NCBI RefSeq assembly: GCF_009834535.1
Contig: NC_045702.1
Span: 59,520,001 to 59,584,000 of the forward strand
Length of the DNA stretch: 64,000 nucleotides
Reading direction: 5' to 3'
Origin: Camelus ferus
Taxonomy: Eukaryota
The position numbers and the translations under genes are program-made. A model generated the notes under the pieces. That model saw only the letters and a program-made list of their open reading frames with translations. It made no database searches and was not told where the DNA came from. Shown here in pieces: positions 1 to 12,469 of the stretch; positions within the stretch are counted from its first letter, which is position 1, and every line of letters begins with the position of its first letter.

Positions 1-209
1 GCATGTAACTTTTTGAATTAGTGTTTNNNNNNNNNNNNNNNNNNNNNNNNNNNNNNNNNNNNNNNNNNNNNNNNNNNNNNNNNNNNNNNNNNNNNNNNNN
101 NNNNNNNNNNNNNNNNNNNNNNNNNNNNNNNNNNNNNNNNNNNNNNNNNNNNNNNNNNNNNNNNNNNNNNNNNNNNNNNNNNNNNNNNNNNNNNNNNNNN
201 NNNNNNNNN

Positions 210-488
210 TGAAACTGGACTACTTTCTGACACCATCCAAAAAAGTAAATTCAAAATGGATTAAAGATTTAAATGTTAGACCTGAAACTATAAAACTCCT
301 AGAAGAAAACATAGGCAGTAAGCTCTTTGTCAACAGTCTCAGAATTTTTCTTTGGATGTGTCGCCTAAGGCAAGAGAAACAAAAACAAAAATAAACAAAC
401 AGGACTACATCAAACTAAAAAGCTTTTGAACAACAAAGGAAATGATCAACAAACGAAAAGGCCACCTACTGAATTTGAGAAGATATTT
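210..488 (+). mobile_element. L1 ORF2 3' region fragment
   Basis: aaattcaaaatggattaaagatttaaatgttagacctgaaactataaaactcctagaagaaaacatagg is typical L1 ORF2; left end runs into an N-run. Confidence 0.9.
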
Positions 489-523
489 CTTCAGGCCTTT
501 CATTTATAAATGTATCCACTTAC

Positions 524-610
524 ATGTTCTTGGTAGGAACAGAGAAAAGGTAAAAATATGTAAAATTTTAACCCAGGGTAAGCGGTGATCTGAGTGTATT
601 TGTATATTGC
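524..610 (-). CDS. Candidate exon A of an unidentified minus-strand gene (AIYKYTQITAYPGLKFYIFLPFLCSYQEH)
   Basis: cttgttgtctttcttag|GCA...CAT|gtaagtgg; 87 nt, phase 0-0, consensus splice sites. Confidence 0.42.
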
Positions 611-1645
611 CTAAGAAAGACAACAAGTAGGATTTTAACCAAGCTCCCCACACTTTCTGACAACTCAACTAAGTTTGGCTCTTTTGTTTTACTTAGCTAA
701 AGTATTTATTCTTGTCTGGACGTCAGTCAATTACCATATATGTTATCTCCTTGTCAGATACTGCTCCTGTTCAATTTATTTATTTGTAACAAAAAAGGTA
801 GTGATACAATGATACTGAGTAATTGTCATAAGTTAATAATCCTAGATTTCAATTTGCTTAAAAAATTAGTTAAAATTATTTAAATTTTTAAATTTAAATT
901 AGTTAAAAATATCTGTTCCATTATCTAAAGTACAACATACATATTTTAAAAATCCAATATGTTTTCATTAGTGATATCTTCTCATTGAATAAAAGGCAAT
1001 TCATAGACTTCGTTAAGCACTTTTATGCAATGAATTCATATTAGAATCTAACAAACAGTTGGAAGAAATTACCCACTCCCAAACCAGATTATAATCTCTT
1101 TGAGGATAATAATGAAGTCTTAAAGCCACAATATCTGGCTTTAAGGCTCAAGACATACTTGTTGATAATATAATGCAAGGGACAATAATCAGTTTTAAAA
1201 ATCAACTACTTTTATAGAAACAGTAATCCAGGGTCATGGTTTTTAAAAAATGAGGCAATTATCACTAATTTCTTGTGTAGCCTTACAGATATAATGTATG
1301 CAAACACATATATCCCATTTATTTACAAATGAGAACATGCTACACAGTGTTTTGTACCTTTCTTCTTTCACTTGGTAAAATATTTTAGAGATCGTTTCCC
1401 AGTAGTACATAAATGTTTTTAACATCTGCATCATATCTTTTTGTATGAATGGATCTCAATTTAACCTGTTCCCTCTCCCCCATTTATAGGTATTACAGTT
1501 ATTTTGTCTTTTGTTAGTATAAAAAACATGTTGTAATGAGCATCTGTCTTTGCATACTTATGTAAGTATATATGTAGGAGAAATTTCTAGAAGGAAAGTG
1601 TGTTTTCTCCAATTTACATGCCAATGATATATGAATCAGACTTAC

Positions 1646-1691
1646 CACTTTTAAGACATTATTTAGAGGATATATCTGCAGATGAATAATA
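1646..1691 (-). CDS. Candidate exon B of an unidentified minus-strand gene (IIHLQIYPLNNVLKV)
   Basis: catgttttcag|T ATT...GTG|gtaagtc; 46 nt; only one frame open, ending in phase 0. Confidence 0.4.
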
Positions 1692-2047
1692 CTGAAAACA
1701 TGTAATTGATTAGTAGGAAGAGTTAAATGCTGAATGAACCCTGTCCTTGTATGAAAACAAATCTCTATTTTTACTTTTCCATTTTTTCTGGTGAATTCAA
1801 CCAGTTGACATTACTACAGAATGATTTAGTAATGATTTCCAAAGTGATTTCATTAATTTGGGGGAGTTACAGATATTTCATAGACTTTCAAATAGGAGAA
1901 TAAATGGCCATTTAAAAAATAACAAAATAAATGCCACCAGCAGGAATAAGGTAAAAAGAGAGTAGTTTGAAAATTGTTTTCTAAATGTTCCCTATATTTT
2001 GTTCAAGGCTCATCTTTCATTCATATTATCTTATTGTTTTTCAAAAT

Positions 2048-2048
<1 letters not shown>

Positions 2049-2072
<24 letters not shown>
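2049..2072. repeat. (GT)12 microsatellite
   Basis: Read directly. Confidence 0.95.
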
Positions 2073-2078
<6 letters not shown>

Positions 2079-2409
2079 CCGAAGGTTACTGGATGTATGA
2101 CTTATTTTTGCAGATGAAATGTTTCTTTAAAATTCAGCAAATTTTCAATGAGGGTTAATTATACAGAGAAATGGTTCAGAACTCATTTTAAAACATGCAT
2201 GATAATTAGGAAACATCAAAGAGCATTGTTACATTCTAAACAGTAAACAACCTACTTTTAATGATTTAACAAGTTCCAAACGTTATCCCCTGGAACAGAG
2301 AACTGAAGCTTGTTTTTTAAGGCGTGTATAGATTAAGCTAATGATTTACTCAATCTGTCTTCTCAAAAAATAGTTTCATCAAGGATTGCATTTATTGCAA
2401 GGGTCAAAG

Positions 2410-2540
2410 TTCAGAGAATTTTGGAGTTGAGAGAGACCTTAGATGTCTCCCCATCCACCAACAGATGAGGAAACTGACTTGGCCAGTGTCATATTTGGTT
2501 ACCAACAGGCTAAACTAGGACAGAAATTTTCTGGCTCTCA
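2410..2540 (-). mobile_element. MIR/MIR3 SINE fragment
   Basis: acagatgaggaaactga core, antisense. Confidence 0.7.
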
Positions 2541-2738
2541 ACCTATGTCACCTCCTATGATATTTCGCTCTGTCTGTGTTAATATAGGTAAAACACTCAA
2601 AACACTACCTAATAAGTTTACTGTGGCATATTGTTTTTTTAAACCACCACTTGAAAAATCTTTTTTATGTTGAGAATCACTGTGACAGGTAACAGGGACA
2701 CATCAATGAATAAGGAGGAGAGTTCTTCCCTTTCATAC

Positions 2739-2852
2739 CCACAGTTAGAAACACATTCGAGCAAAAATAGGAAGTTCTGGTAGGACTGACTAGCTTTCTG
2801 TCTGGGCTTGTTAGGAATGGTGGCACATCTGTCCCATTGTGTCATCATTGCC
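2739..2852 (-). CDS. Candidate exon C of an unidentified minus-strand gene (AMMTQWDRCATIPNKPRQKASQSYQNFLFLLECVSNC-G)
   Basis: ttttag|GG...TGTGG|gtatga; only one frame open; ends in phase 2, matching exon B; acceptor is weak. Confidence 0.3.
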
Positions 2853-2949
2853 CTAAAATCTACCATGTGATAATTACAACTATAATCCCTGACATTTCTA
2901 TCGCCCTTTACAGGTTTAATAGCATGTCTCCATTACTATAGCTGATTCT

Positions 2950-3095
2950 CCCAGTAAATTGTGAGGCAGGTATTATCCTCTCCATTTTCTAATTAAAAAC
3001 CCCTTAGCTAAGAGAGGGTGACTTGCCCAAAGCCTCATAGCCAGAAAGTTGTAGAACTGGGACCAGAATCCCAGGCTTCTGGTCTTTAGTCCAGT
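2950..3095 (-). mobile_element. MIR SINE
   Basis: attatcctctccatttt...gtgacttgcccaaagcctcatagccag MIR core. Confidence 0.75.
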
Positions 3096-3713
3096 GAATT
3101 GGTCATAATATTAATCAACCTGAATTTCTAAAATTCCAAATACTGAGTTTTCTGGGAATTCTGAGGTCACTTGAGAAGGGAGATCCTTCAGTGGAAGTTT
3201 GGGTAACCTAAATATCCAAATTATAGCATGCTTTCTTGGAAAAGGAAAGTAGTAGTGCCCCCAAATTCCATGGAAGTGCTTGTGGCTGTCAGTGAACTGT
3301 GAGGATGGCATTTTGTTAGAAGCATGAAACCACAGTCAGCTTCGAGTTCCTCAGTTTGTTTGTTCCATTTCTTGTCAGGGGGATAAAGAAAACTGAAAAT
3401 AAAATACCACTGAAATTAAATGGGTCTGGAAAGAAGTTTACTAAAATGTTACCAGTCTCTGGGGTGGTTGGATTACAAGTTAATTTTATTTTCTTTTTCT
3501 GCATTTTCCACACTTCCTACAATAATTATTACTTCTATGATCAGAAATTATATAATTCATCTATAGCTATATATGATTCCCAACCTATACAAAAAGGGAA
3601 AGAAATTCAAACTTTCTTAAGCTAGATACTGGGATGGACAGATATATGGAAATTCTCCCCCCCAAATGAACACCTTTTAAAAAAAATACCAATCTGTGAG
3701 TAAACTGGAGAAT

Positions 3714-4625
3714 TCATTCAGGTATTCATTCACTCTTCTAACAAATGTTTATTGAGCACCTACAATGTGCCACGCATATTTAAGCACTGGGAATACAGCA
3801 CTGAATAAAACAGATAAAAATTCTTGCCTTCAAGGACCTTCCATTTTAGAGGGAGAGACAGACAAAAAAAAAAAAAAAGGTAAGTATAATAGAACATGTT
3901 CATTTGTGCTAAATAATTAGAAGAAAAATAAAGCAGGGAGGGAGAGTGCAGTGCTTGGGGTAAGGGCATTTTGGATAAGGGTATTCATGGAAGATGTTAC
4001 TGAGAAGGTGACCTGAAAGAGGTGAGGTAGTGAGTCCTGTGGGTTTGTAGGGGGAGAGAAATCCAGGTGGAGAGAGCAGCAGGTGCAAAGGCAAAGGGCA
4101 GGAATGTGCTTAGCATGTTCTAGAAACAGCAGGGTATCTTCTGGAAGGCCACAGCAACAGGGAGAAGAGTAGGAGATGCCACCAGCAGGAAAGGAATGTG
4201 ATCTGACCTATGTTTTAGGACCACTTTGGCTGCTGTGGTAAGGGTAGATTGAAGGCAAGCAAGTGCAGGAGCAGGGAAATCAGACTGGGGGGTGGAGGTG
4301 GCTGCTGCCACACCTACACAAGTGGAGTTGGTGACTTGAACCTGGATGGTAGGAATGAGGGCAGTGAGAAGTAAACAGCTTCTGGATATATTTTGAAGGT
4401 GGGGCCAAAAGGATTTGCTTACGGATTGAATGAGGATTCTAAGAGAAAGAGTCAACAATGACTCAGAGTTTCCAACTGAGCAGCTAGAAAATTGGAGTTG
4501 TCATTTTCTAAGCTAGGAAAGGTTTGAGGTGGACAGAATCGTGAGCTCATTTTTGGACATGCTAAGTCTGAGGTGCCTAGCCTCTCCCAAAGGAGAAATG
4601 TTGATTTGACACTCGGACAATATGA
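3714..4625 (-). mobile_element. L2 LINE 3' portion
   Basis: cattcattca...aaatgtttattgagcacctacaatgtgcca is the antisense L2 3' end, followed by purine-rich L2 body. Confidence 0.85.
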
Positions 4626-4759
4626 CGTATTTTGGTCCTTATGAAATTTGTCCTTGGTGACTCAATTCCCCATTTCCCCCTCTTTTCAATTGCTCTGATG
4701 CCAAACATGTGTCCCTTGCTAAGCTTTTAACTCTGCTTCTAAAACTAAAAAATCTGAAA

Positions 4760-5275
4760 CTCAGGAATCTTCATAAAATATCTGGCTAATGTTCTTCACG
4801 TTCTTAATGTCATGAAAGCAGAGAGAATGGCTTAGGAACTGCTGCACATTAAAGGAGAATAAAAAGACATGACAAATAAATACAACATGTGACCCTGGAT
4901 GGGATCCTGGACTGTTGTTGGGGGAGGGGAGGGCCACTCTAAAGGACATAAAAGAGGCAATTGACAACTTTGAAATATGGGCTATATATTTGAATATGTA
5001 TTGTTAATATGTTAATAGTATTAAATGCCCTGAATTTGGTAACTGTGTATGGATATCTAGGGGAATATCCTTGATTTAGGAAATAGAATTAAGGTATATC
5101 AGAGTAACACTCATCAAAAATAATTATATGCAGAGTGGAGAGAGAGAAAATGAAAAACAAAAGTAACAGAACATTAAAAGTTGGTTAATCTGGGTGAGGG
5201 GTATACGAGGTATCTCTGTGTTATTCTTGCAACCTTTTATAAGTTTGAAATGTTTTCAAAATAGAAAGTTGAAAA
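4760..5275 (+). mobile_element. Old L1 (L1MC/ME-like) 3' end
   Basis: aaggacataaaagaggcaattgacaactttgaaatatgg...tcttgcaaccttttataagtttgaaatgttttcaaaat. Confidence 0.7.
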
Positions 5276-7205
5276 ATGTTATTCCTTGGAGTATGCTGTT
5301 AATTACTTCATGCAAAAAGCTTTTTTCCCAGATCAAGTATAGGGCAATTTTTCCTTCATATACATTTTATATATTCTTTTATACATATGGCAAATTTCAC
5401 AGTAACAACCAAAAATAAAAATAATAAGAATATCTAAATGCCTATATTTACATAGAAACGTTGTCAGGTGACATAAGAAATGGCAGGCCCTTGAATTGCA
5501 GACCCCTTTGGTTAAAGAAACATCACACAGATACACATACACACACACTCACACTAGTTATGCTCAGTTAATGTCTAAAAAGATACAAAAGAAATTTAAA
5601 CAGTGATTATCTCTGAGGAGCCCAATTGTCATTTTCTCCAACTTTCTTCCCTGTTTGAATTTCTTTAATGATGATTGCTTTTCTAATTTAAAATTTATTT
5701 TAAGGTGGATAATAAATGATACTGTTAAAACTTGAGAGCTGCAAATCAGTTAGAATTTGTGACCCAGTAATGGGGCAGTGGGCTTGAAAGAGAGAAACAA
5801 TGCATTTCTCCTGCTGCAAATATAAAAGTAAGAAAAACTAGAATTTGCCACTCTTCACCTTTTGTCTTGGGTCTCGCTGTGGCAGGAAGCAGAATTATTA
5901 CGAAGCACAGACAAAACAACTGTTATTTAGGGCTTGAGACATTTAGGTAAGTTATTTTGAACCCCAGTTTCCTGGCTTCTAAAAATCCAGATCTTCCCCA
6001 TGATTTCTACTGATTTCCAATGTTAGGATCCTGTTTTTCTCTGCTCCTCCATCATTAGGAGTCACCTTGTTGCTGCCTAGAGTCTCCCTGCTGCCTTTTA
6101 CAAGGAGTCGCAGTACTCTCATGGTTTAGAACTGATTAACTTATCAATGGGCTTGAAGAGGTGGAAGTTCCTTCATCGGGCATTGCTAAACTTTCCACCG
6201 TCTTCCTTGTTCATATTTCACTGACATCCAAAAATGTATGCTCCCACCCTGTGACCCTGCAGCTGTGTACATACCCTCAGAAGTGCAGCCAAACTCTAGG
6301 CTGTAACTGTATCTACCTAGGGACCAGCCAAACCAGGCCAACCTCCCTGCCCCAAATCCCCTTGGAATTCTGGTGAATAAAGTACTAGTCAAAAGTTTAT
6401 GATTATGGTTTGTCAATGAAACTTTGGATCAGGCACAATTGTGGTAGGAAGAAGAACTGATTCATGCAAGCAAACAGGTCTTGCAGTTATCAAAACTCCT
6501 TACTTGAAATGCCCTGTTATCCCCTCTGCCGCTATCACATCCCTTCTTGTTCTTTAAGGCGAGTCTGGGCTCACTTCCTGGTGGAAACTTTTTGTAACTC
6601 TCCCCTTTCTACAGGCCAGTCATCTTTAGACACACATATTAGTTGAAATCGTGCAATTAAATGGGATGGTCCAAATGGTCCATGAAATACAGAACAACAA
6701 CAACAATAGTAACAGTAAATCACTTTGTGGTTAGAGATGCAGGCTATAGTGCCCCACTGCCAGAACCCAATCCTGGATCCCCTACTGAATAGTTTCATCG
6801 TTCAGACACTTGCTATACTAAAACGAGGGGAAAGAGAAGTATACATATTCCTTTAAAGATTGTAGAGGATTCATTCTACTTCTTTTTGTGAAAATGAGGG
6901 TGTGTAGGGAGGCGGGAGGAGTTTATAAGGAAACCTATTGACAACGTTTAATAAGTCTTCCCATGGATTGCTGGTGTTGTTTCTCATCCTTCCCTACCTG
7001 TTCTTCATTCGTTTCCCAGGGATAGTCATTGACAAAAACATTTGTGTTTGTCTCTCACCACACCAGGAAAAAAGTCATGGAAGGTCTTTAAGGACCTGTC
7101 TGGGTAGGAGTCTTATAGCTAAATAAAATCCAAAATAGAAGAGTAACATTTCCTTCCAAGTTGACATCTGCCTATCCATCTGAGCTATGGAACCCCTTAC
7201 CAAGG

Positions 7206-7676
7206 GTGGTAGGCAGAATAAAGTCTCCCCAGACGTGTCGTGATCCAACTCCTGAAACATATGAATACGTTACCTTACATGACAAAGGGACTTTGCAGAT
7301 GTGATTAAAGAGACAGAGAGATTATCCTGGGTTATCCAGGTGGGCCCAGTGTAATCATAAAGGTCCTCTCAGCAGAGGTAGGAGAGTGGGAGTCAGGGAA
7401 GAGCTTTGAAGATGCTTTGCTGATGGTTATAGAGATAGAAAAAGGTGCTGTGCGCCAAGGAACACAGACAGCCTCTATAGGTGGAAAGGGCAAAGAAACA
7501 GGTTCTGGGCTGCAGCCTCCAGAAGGAACACAGCCTTGCCAATACCTTGATTTTTAGACCAGCAAGGTCCAATTTGGACTCTTCTGAACTCCAGAACTGA
7601 ATGATGATAAATTTGTGTTATTTTAGGATACTAAATGTGTGGCAATTTGTTACAGCAGCAGTGAGAAACTAATACA
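7206..7676 (+). mobile_element. MLT1D-like MaLR solo LTR
   Basis: gtggtaggcagaat...ggactttgcagatgtgattaa...gaaactaataca termini and body. Confidence 0.88.
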
Positions 7677-8102
7677 CTAAGTCACCTACATTCCTTCCTA
7701 TACTTCTCTCTAGCTGAAACCTTGTAGTTGCATTGATTTGTTTGTTTCCTCACCACTCCACTCCCTCAGGGTTATAAACTCCACCAAGAAGGTGTAGCCT
7801 CAGACTGAGCCCACTGCCTGTCCCACTTTAGTAGAATTACTAAAATAATGTTGAAATTGGTTGACATTACTCATTAACACTAGAGACCAGGAACACAGTC
7901 TTTATTCTAATGTGTTCTTAGGAATCTACTCTGTGCCAGGGAACCATGGTGATGGTGAGAGGTATAAACAGCTCCTGACACCTTGAGACCTCAATCCAAT
8001 GACATGGAGGAACAAAGTAATGTTGATTATAAGATTGTTTTTGAGCAATTAAAATGCAAATGGGGTAGCAATGTTTTGAAAGTCTGTGCTGTAGAAGAAA
8101 GG

Positions 8103-8345
8103 CACGGTGGGCACAGTGGAGAACGTGCCTTTAGACTCAAGGCATTTAGTTGAGAATCCTGACTGTCATCTCTTTCCCCACAGTGACCTCAGGGTCCTTA
8201 CTTAATTCCTCCAACCTGATTTCTTCATCAGTAAAATGGGGGCAATGGGATCCATGCCACAGGTTATTGCAGTAATTAAATGAGAAAATTTATACAACGG
8301 AATTTAGTATAGTGCCTGGTATAAATAATAGCTCAATAAGTTAGA
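8103..8345 (+). mobile_element. MIR SINE, near full length
   Basis: gtgacctcagg...catcagtaaaatgggg...tagtgcctggt...gctcaataa. Confidence 0.8.
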
Positions 8346-9074
8346 ACCTTGAAGTCCAATACATTTCTCGATATTCAGAAGCATTTTTTTATGGAACTGG
8401 ATGGTTTCCCAACCTTTCCTCATCAGGAGACTCCAGAGCTGAGTTATCTTATTTTGAAGAGCTTTCCGTCCTCCTCGCATCTCCCCATTCTTTTCCCCAT
8501 TCTGAAATCTGTAATTTTTGCTCAATGCTGAAATGATTTGCCAAACCAGATTCTATCAGTTAGGGTTTCTCTTCGCCTATTTTCCTTCAAGGGATGGACT
8601 CCAGCCAGAAAAAGGGCTTTAGGGGTTAGTTAGGAGCCTCCCCAACTAAAAACACAAATGTGGTTTGGGGACGTTACCATAAGAAGGCAGAAATAAAAGG
8701 ACACAATGGTTCTTTCTTTGTGGTCAAGATGGATGCGCATTTGTTAGGGCAATTTTGTTTGCCTGTGTTCTTTGTTGTTGTTGTTGTTCTTTATACTATA
8801 CATCAGCATAAAATCCCTCATTGTTCATTTTCTACTGGACTTTTCTCAATATAACTTTCACTGTTTTCTTTCAAACACCTTCACTGCCAAGCTGATTGGA
8901 AAGGCAGCTAATTCTACCTCTCAAAAGTTAAACTGTGGAGTTAAACATGTATGCCAGATTTTCTCTTTAACACATAAAAATGCTTTGTCTTATTTCTCTT
9001 TTATCTAACCCAATGCACAAAGATACTCCATCTCATTCTGAATTCTCATCAGCTAATGAAGAGAATGCTTAAGA

Positions 9075-10748
9075 ATGATCAACAGACAAACAGACTTATG
9101 GAACAGAATCAAGAGCCCAGAAAGAAACCCTAACATACATGGTCAATTAATATTTGACAAGGGAGCCAAGAATACTGAATGGAGGAAAGACAGTCTCTTT
9201 AGTAAGAGGTGCTGGGGAAATTGGATACTCAGATGCAAAAGAATAAAATTTGACCCCTATCTTACACCACTCACAAAAATTAATTCAAAATAGATTAAAA
9301 ACTTGATGGTAAGACCTGTAAGACCTTAAAACTCCTAAAAGAAAATATAGGGAAAAAGCTCCTTGACATGGGTCTTGGTAATAATTTTTTTGGAAATCAC
9401 AGCTGAAGCACAAGCAATAAAATAAAAAATTAACGAGAGGAGCTACATCAAACTAAAAAGCTTCTGCATAGCAAAAGAAACCTTAAACAAAGTGAAAAAA
9501 CAACCAGTGGAATGGGAAAAAAATATTTGCAAACCATTTACCTGATAAGAGGTCAATTTCCAAAATATATAAAGAACTCATACAACTCAATAGCAGTAAN
9601 NNNNNNNNNNNNNNNNNNNNNNNNNNNNNNNNNNNNNNNNNNNNNNNNNNNNNNNNNNNNNNNNNNNNNNNNNNNNNNNNNNNNNNNNNNNNNNNNNNNN
9701 NNNNNNNNNNNNNNNNNNNNNNNNNNNNNNNNNNNNNNNNNNNNNNNNNNNNNNNNNNNNNNNNNNNNNNNNNNNNNNNNNNNNNNNNNNNNNNNNNNNN
9801 NNNNNNNNNNNNNNNNNNNNNNNNNNNNNNNNNNNNNNNNNNNNNNNNNNNNNNNNNNNNNNNNNNNNNNNNNNNNNNNNNNNNNNNNNNNNNNNNNNNN
9901 NNNNNNNNNNNNNNNNNNNNNNNNNNNNNNNNNNNNNNNNNNAAGTTAAAACACTAACATGGAAAGATACCATGTTCATAGCAGCATTATTTATAATAGC
10001 CAAGACATGGAAATAACCTCAGTGTCCATCGATGGATGACTCGCTAAACAAGTTGTAGTGTATATATGTATATATGTATACACACACACACACACACATA
10101 CACAAATATACACTAGTATANNNNNNNNNNNNNNNNNNNNNNNNNNNNNNNNNNNNNNNNNNNNNNNNNNNNNNNNNNNNNNNNNNNNNNNNNNNNNNNN
10201 NNNNNNNNNNNNNNNNNNNNNNNNNNNNNNNNNNNNNNNNNNNNNNNNNNNNNNNNNNNNNNNNNNNNNNNNNNNNNNNNNNNNNNNNNNNNNNNNNNNN
10301 NNNNNNNNNNNNNNNNNNNNNNNNNNNNNNNNNNNNNNNNNNNNNNNNNNNNNNNNNNNNNNNNNNNNNNNNNNNNNNNNAAAGAGATCAGATTTGTTGT
10401 CACCAGAGGTGAGGGTTGAGGAGGGGGAGTTGGAAGAAGGTGGTCAAACAGTACAAACTTCCAGTTACAAGATAAATAAGTCCTAGGGATGTAATGTACA
10501 ACATGTTGGCTGTAGTTAATACCACTGTATGAACATAGAAAAGTTAAGAGAGTAGATCCTAAGAATTCTCATCACAAGGAGAAAAATTTTTTTCTATTCA
10601 TTTTATTGTATATATATATGAGATGATGGAGGTTAACTAAACCTACTGTAATCATTTCACAATATATGTAAATCAAGCTATTGTGCTGTACACTTTAAAC
10701 TTATATGGTGATGTATGGCAATTATCTCAGTAAAACTAGAGGGAAAAA
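9075..10748 (+). mobile_element. 5'-truncated L1 (L1MA9-like): ORF2 end plus 3'UTR
   Basis: ORF 9075-9293 ([34 protein letters not shown]) is L1 ORF2p-like; L1MA-type 3'UTR; two N-runs and a (TA)(CA) tract inside. Confidence 0.92.
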
Positions 10749-11619
10749 GAATGATCAAGTCCCTTGATTATTAGAGGAGTTAAATGGCATTATTACAATG
10801 TGCGAGCAGATGTGCTTCCTTCCCTTTGCTTCCCAAATATGAAGAAACGAGGTAGCAGTCCCAGTCCTAAAGCCAGAGCTGTGCAGTGGGAGGTATCATC
10901 TGTAATCCCCGCGTGTGCTGGAGTCTTTCAGAAAATCCAGCCTTCCCGCTGAGAGAAGGGTCTCAGTAAATATGGCCTTGCTCCCCCATTTATTTTGGCA
11001 GCTCCCCAGGAATCCATTAATAGGGTCATTTTCCTTTTGGAGAGGTGGGAAATTTGAGGAGAGTAGTCTGTGGATTCATGCTTGGAAGGAGAGACCCCTT
11101 GAAGAGCTCTTAGGATTTCTGATGGGCAGTGGCCGGGGGCTAATGTGAATGATAGCACAGCGTCTCCCGGGGAACACAGTTACTGTGAGTCTGCCCTCTG
11201 GCTTGCCTGCTGAGACCCACGTGGAACCCCAGTAGGCACAGTAGGTGGTATGTAACTCCTGGGCTCTCAGGAGGCAATAGAAACCAACTTCAAACGCTTG
11301 CAAAAGAATTCAGGCTGTTTAACCGTGGGGCTCTTCCAATGGAGGCAGATGAATGAATGTCAGCCTCTCTCATTTAGAAATATAAACCAGGGTATATTAT
11401 ATATTTCACCAAGTGTGTAAGTGTGTGTGAAGACTGGAATCTGTTCCTGTCTCAGGCTACTAAATTCAATTCAGTTCATCACAGCTATGTATTGAATGCC
11501 TTTTTTTGTGTATAGCTTTGTACACTACTCTGTGGTAAATACAGCAATGAATAATGAAGTCAGAAAGAAAGGAAAGTCATATTTATAGAGTCCATTCTAT
11601 GCATCTGCTTTAATTTTTT

Positions 11620-12000
11620 AAAAAACTGTTTCTCACAATGACACTGAGAGGCTGGGCACTTTAAAGACCCAGCCTCATGTAATGGAGAATCAAAATACTA
11701 GAACTTAAATAAAATAGACTTTTTTTTTTCCATGTTAGAGCCCAGAAGTAGATGCTCCAGGACTGGTATGACAGTTCTGTTCCAGGGACCCAGACACTTT
11801 GTATCTTGTTGCTCAGCCATCCCTAGGATGTTACTCTCATCCTTATGGTCCAAGGTGGCTCTCCACCCCATCTACATCCCCTCCCCTTGCATGCGTCAGT
11901 TCTGTTCATAGTCTGTTCGCTAGAGCGTAGCCTTGTGGCCAAATCTCGGTGGGTAATGCAGGCTTTATTATGGGCAGTCACAGGTCAGGCTAAAAAGCAG
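11620..12000 (-). mobile_element. Old MaLR LTR (MLT1J/K-like)
   Basis: ccaggactggtatg...ccagggacccag...atggtccaaggtggct motif series. Confidence 0.55.
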
Positions 12001-12469
12001 AAATTTATGTACATGAAAGAAAAGGAAAAAGATATTGTGGAACATAGGTAATTCTGATGATTCCCATTTTACAGCTACGAAGCTGAGATTCACACAGGTC
12101 AAATATAAGAGCCACAGCCCCACCACACTGTACTGCCTCTCTGCAACGCTGTGCCACAGTTGCTTTAGGCTTTTGGTTAAGCTATTGCTGCCAGAATCAA
12201 GCCCTGAAATGCCAGAATTATGCATTTCCACAATAAGTTCTGTATCCCTTATGTAAAGGGAAATAAGGCTGCGATGAAAACTATTAAAGGTAGAGATTTA
12301 AGAGGCTCAAGAGCTCTCACTTAGCAAAGGAAAATAAGGTTTTAAGTAAGTGGAAATTCCACTAAACTATGGGAAGAAGTCCAACAAACCAAGCAGCCAG
12401 GGCAGCAAGGTGGGTAAGACCTGCCTGGGAGAATCAAGGCAGGGCCCTCCCTCTCCCTGGTTTCATACC

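Noticed and set aside
3115-3210. Minus-strand exon candidate (LPKLPLKDLPSQVTSEFPENSVFGILEIQ)
   Set aside because: Weak donor (gttgat) and no phase match to exon C.
5886-5952. Plus-strand mini-exon ending TTTAG|gtaagt
   Set aside because: Mediocre acceptor, no partner exons, no recognisable peptide.
9075-9293. 72-aa ORF with clear protein homology
   Set aside because: It is L1 ORF2p debris, not a host gene.
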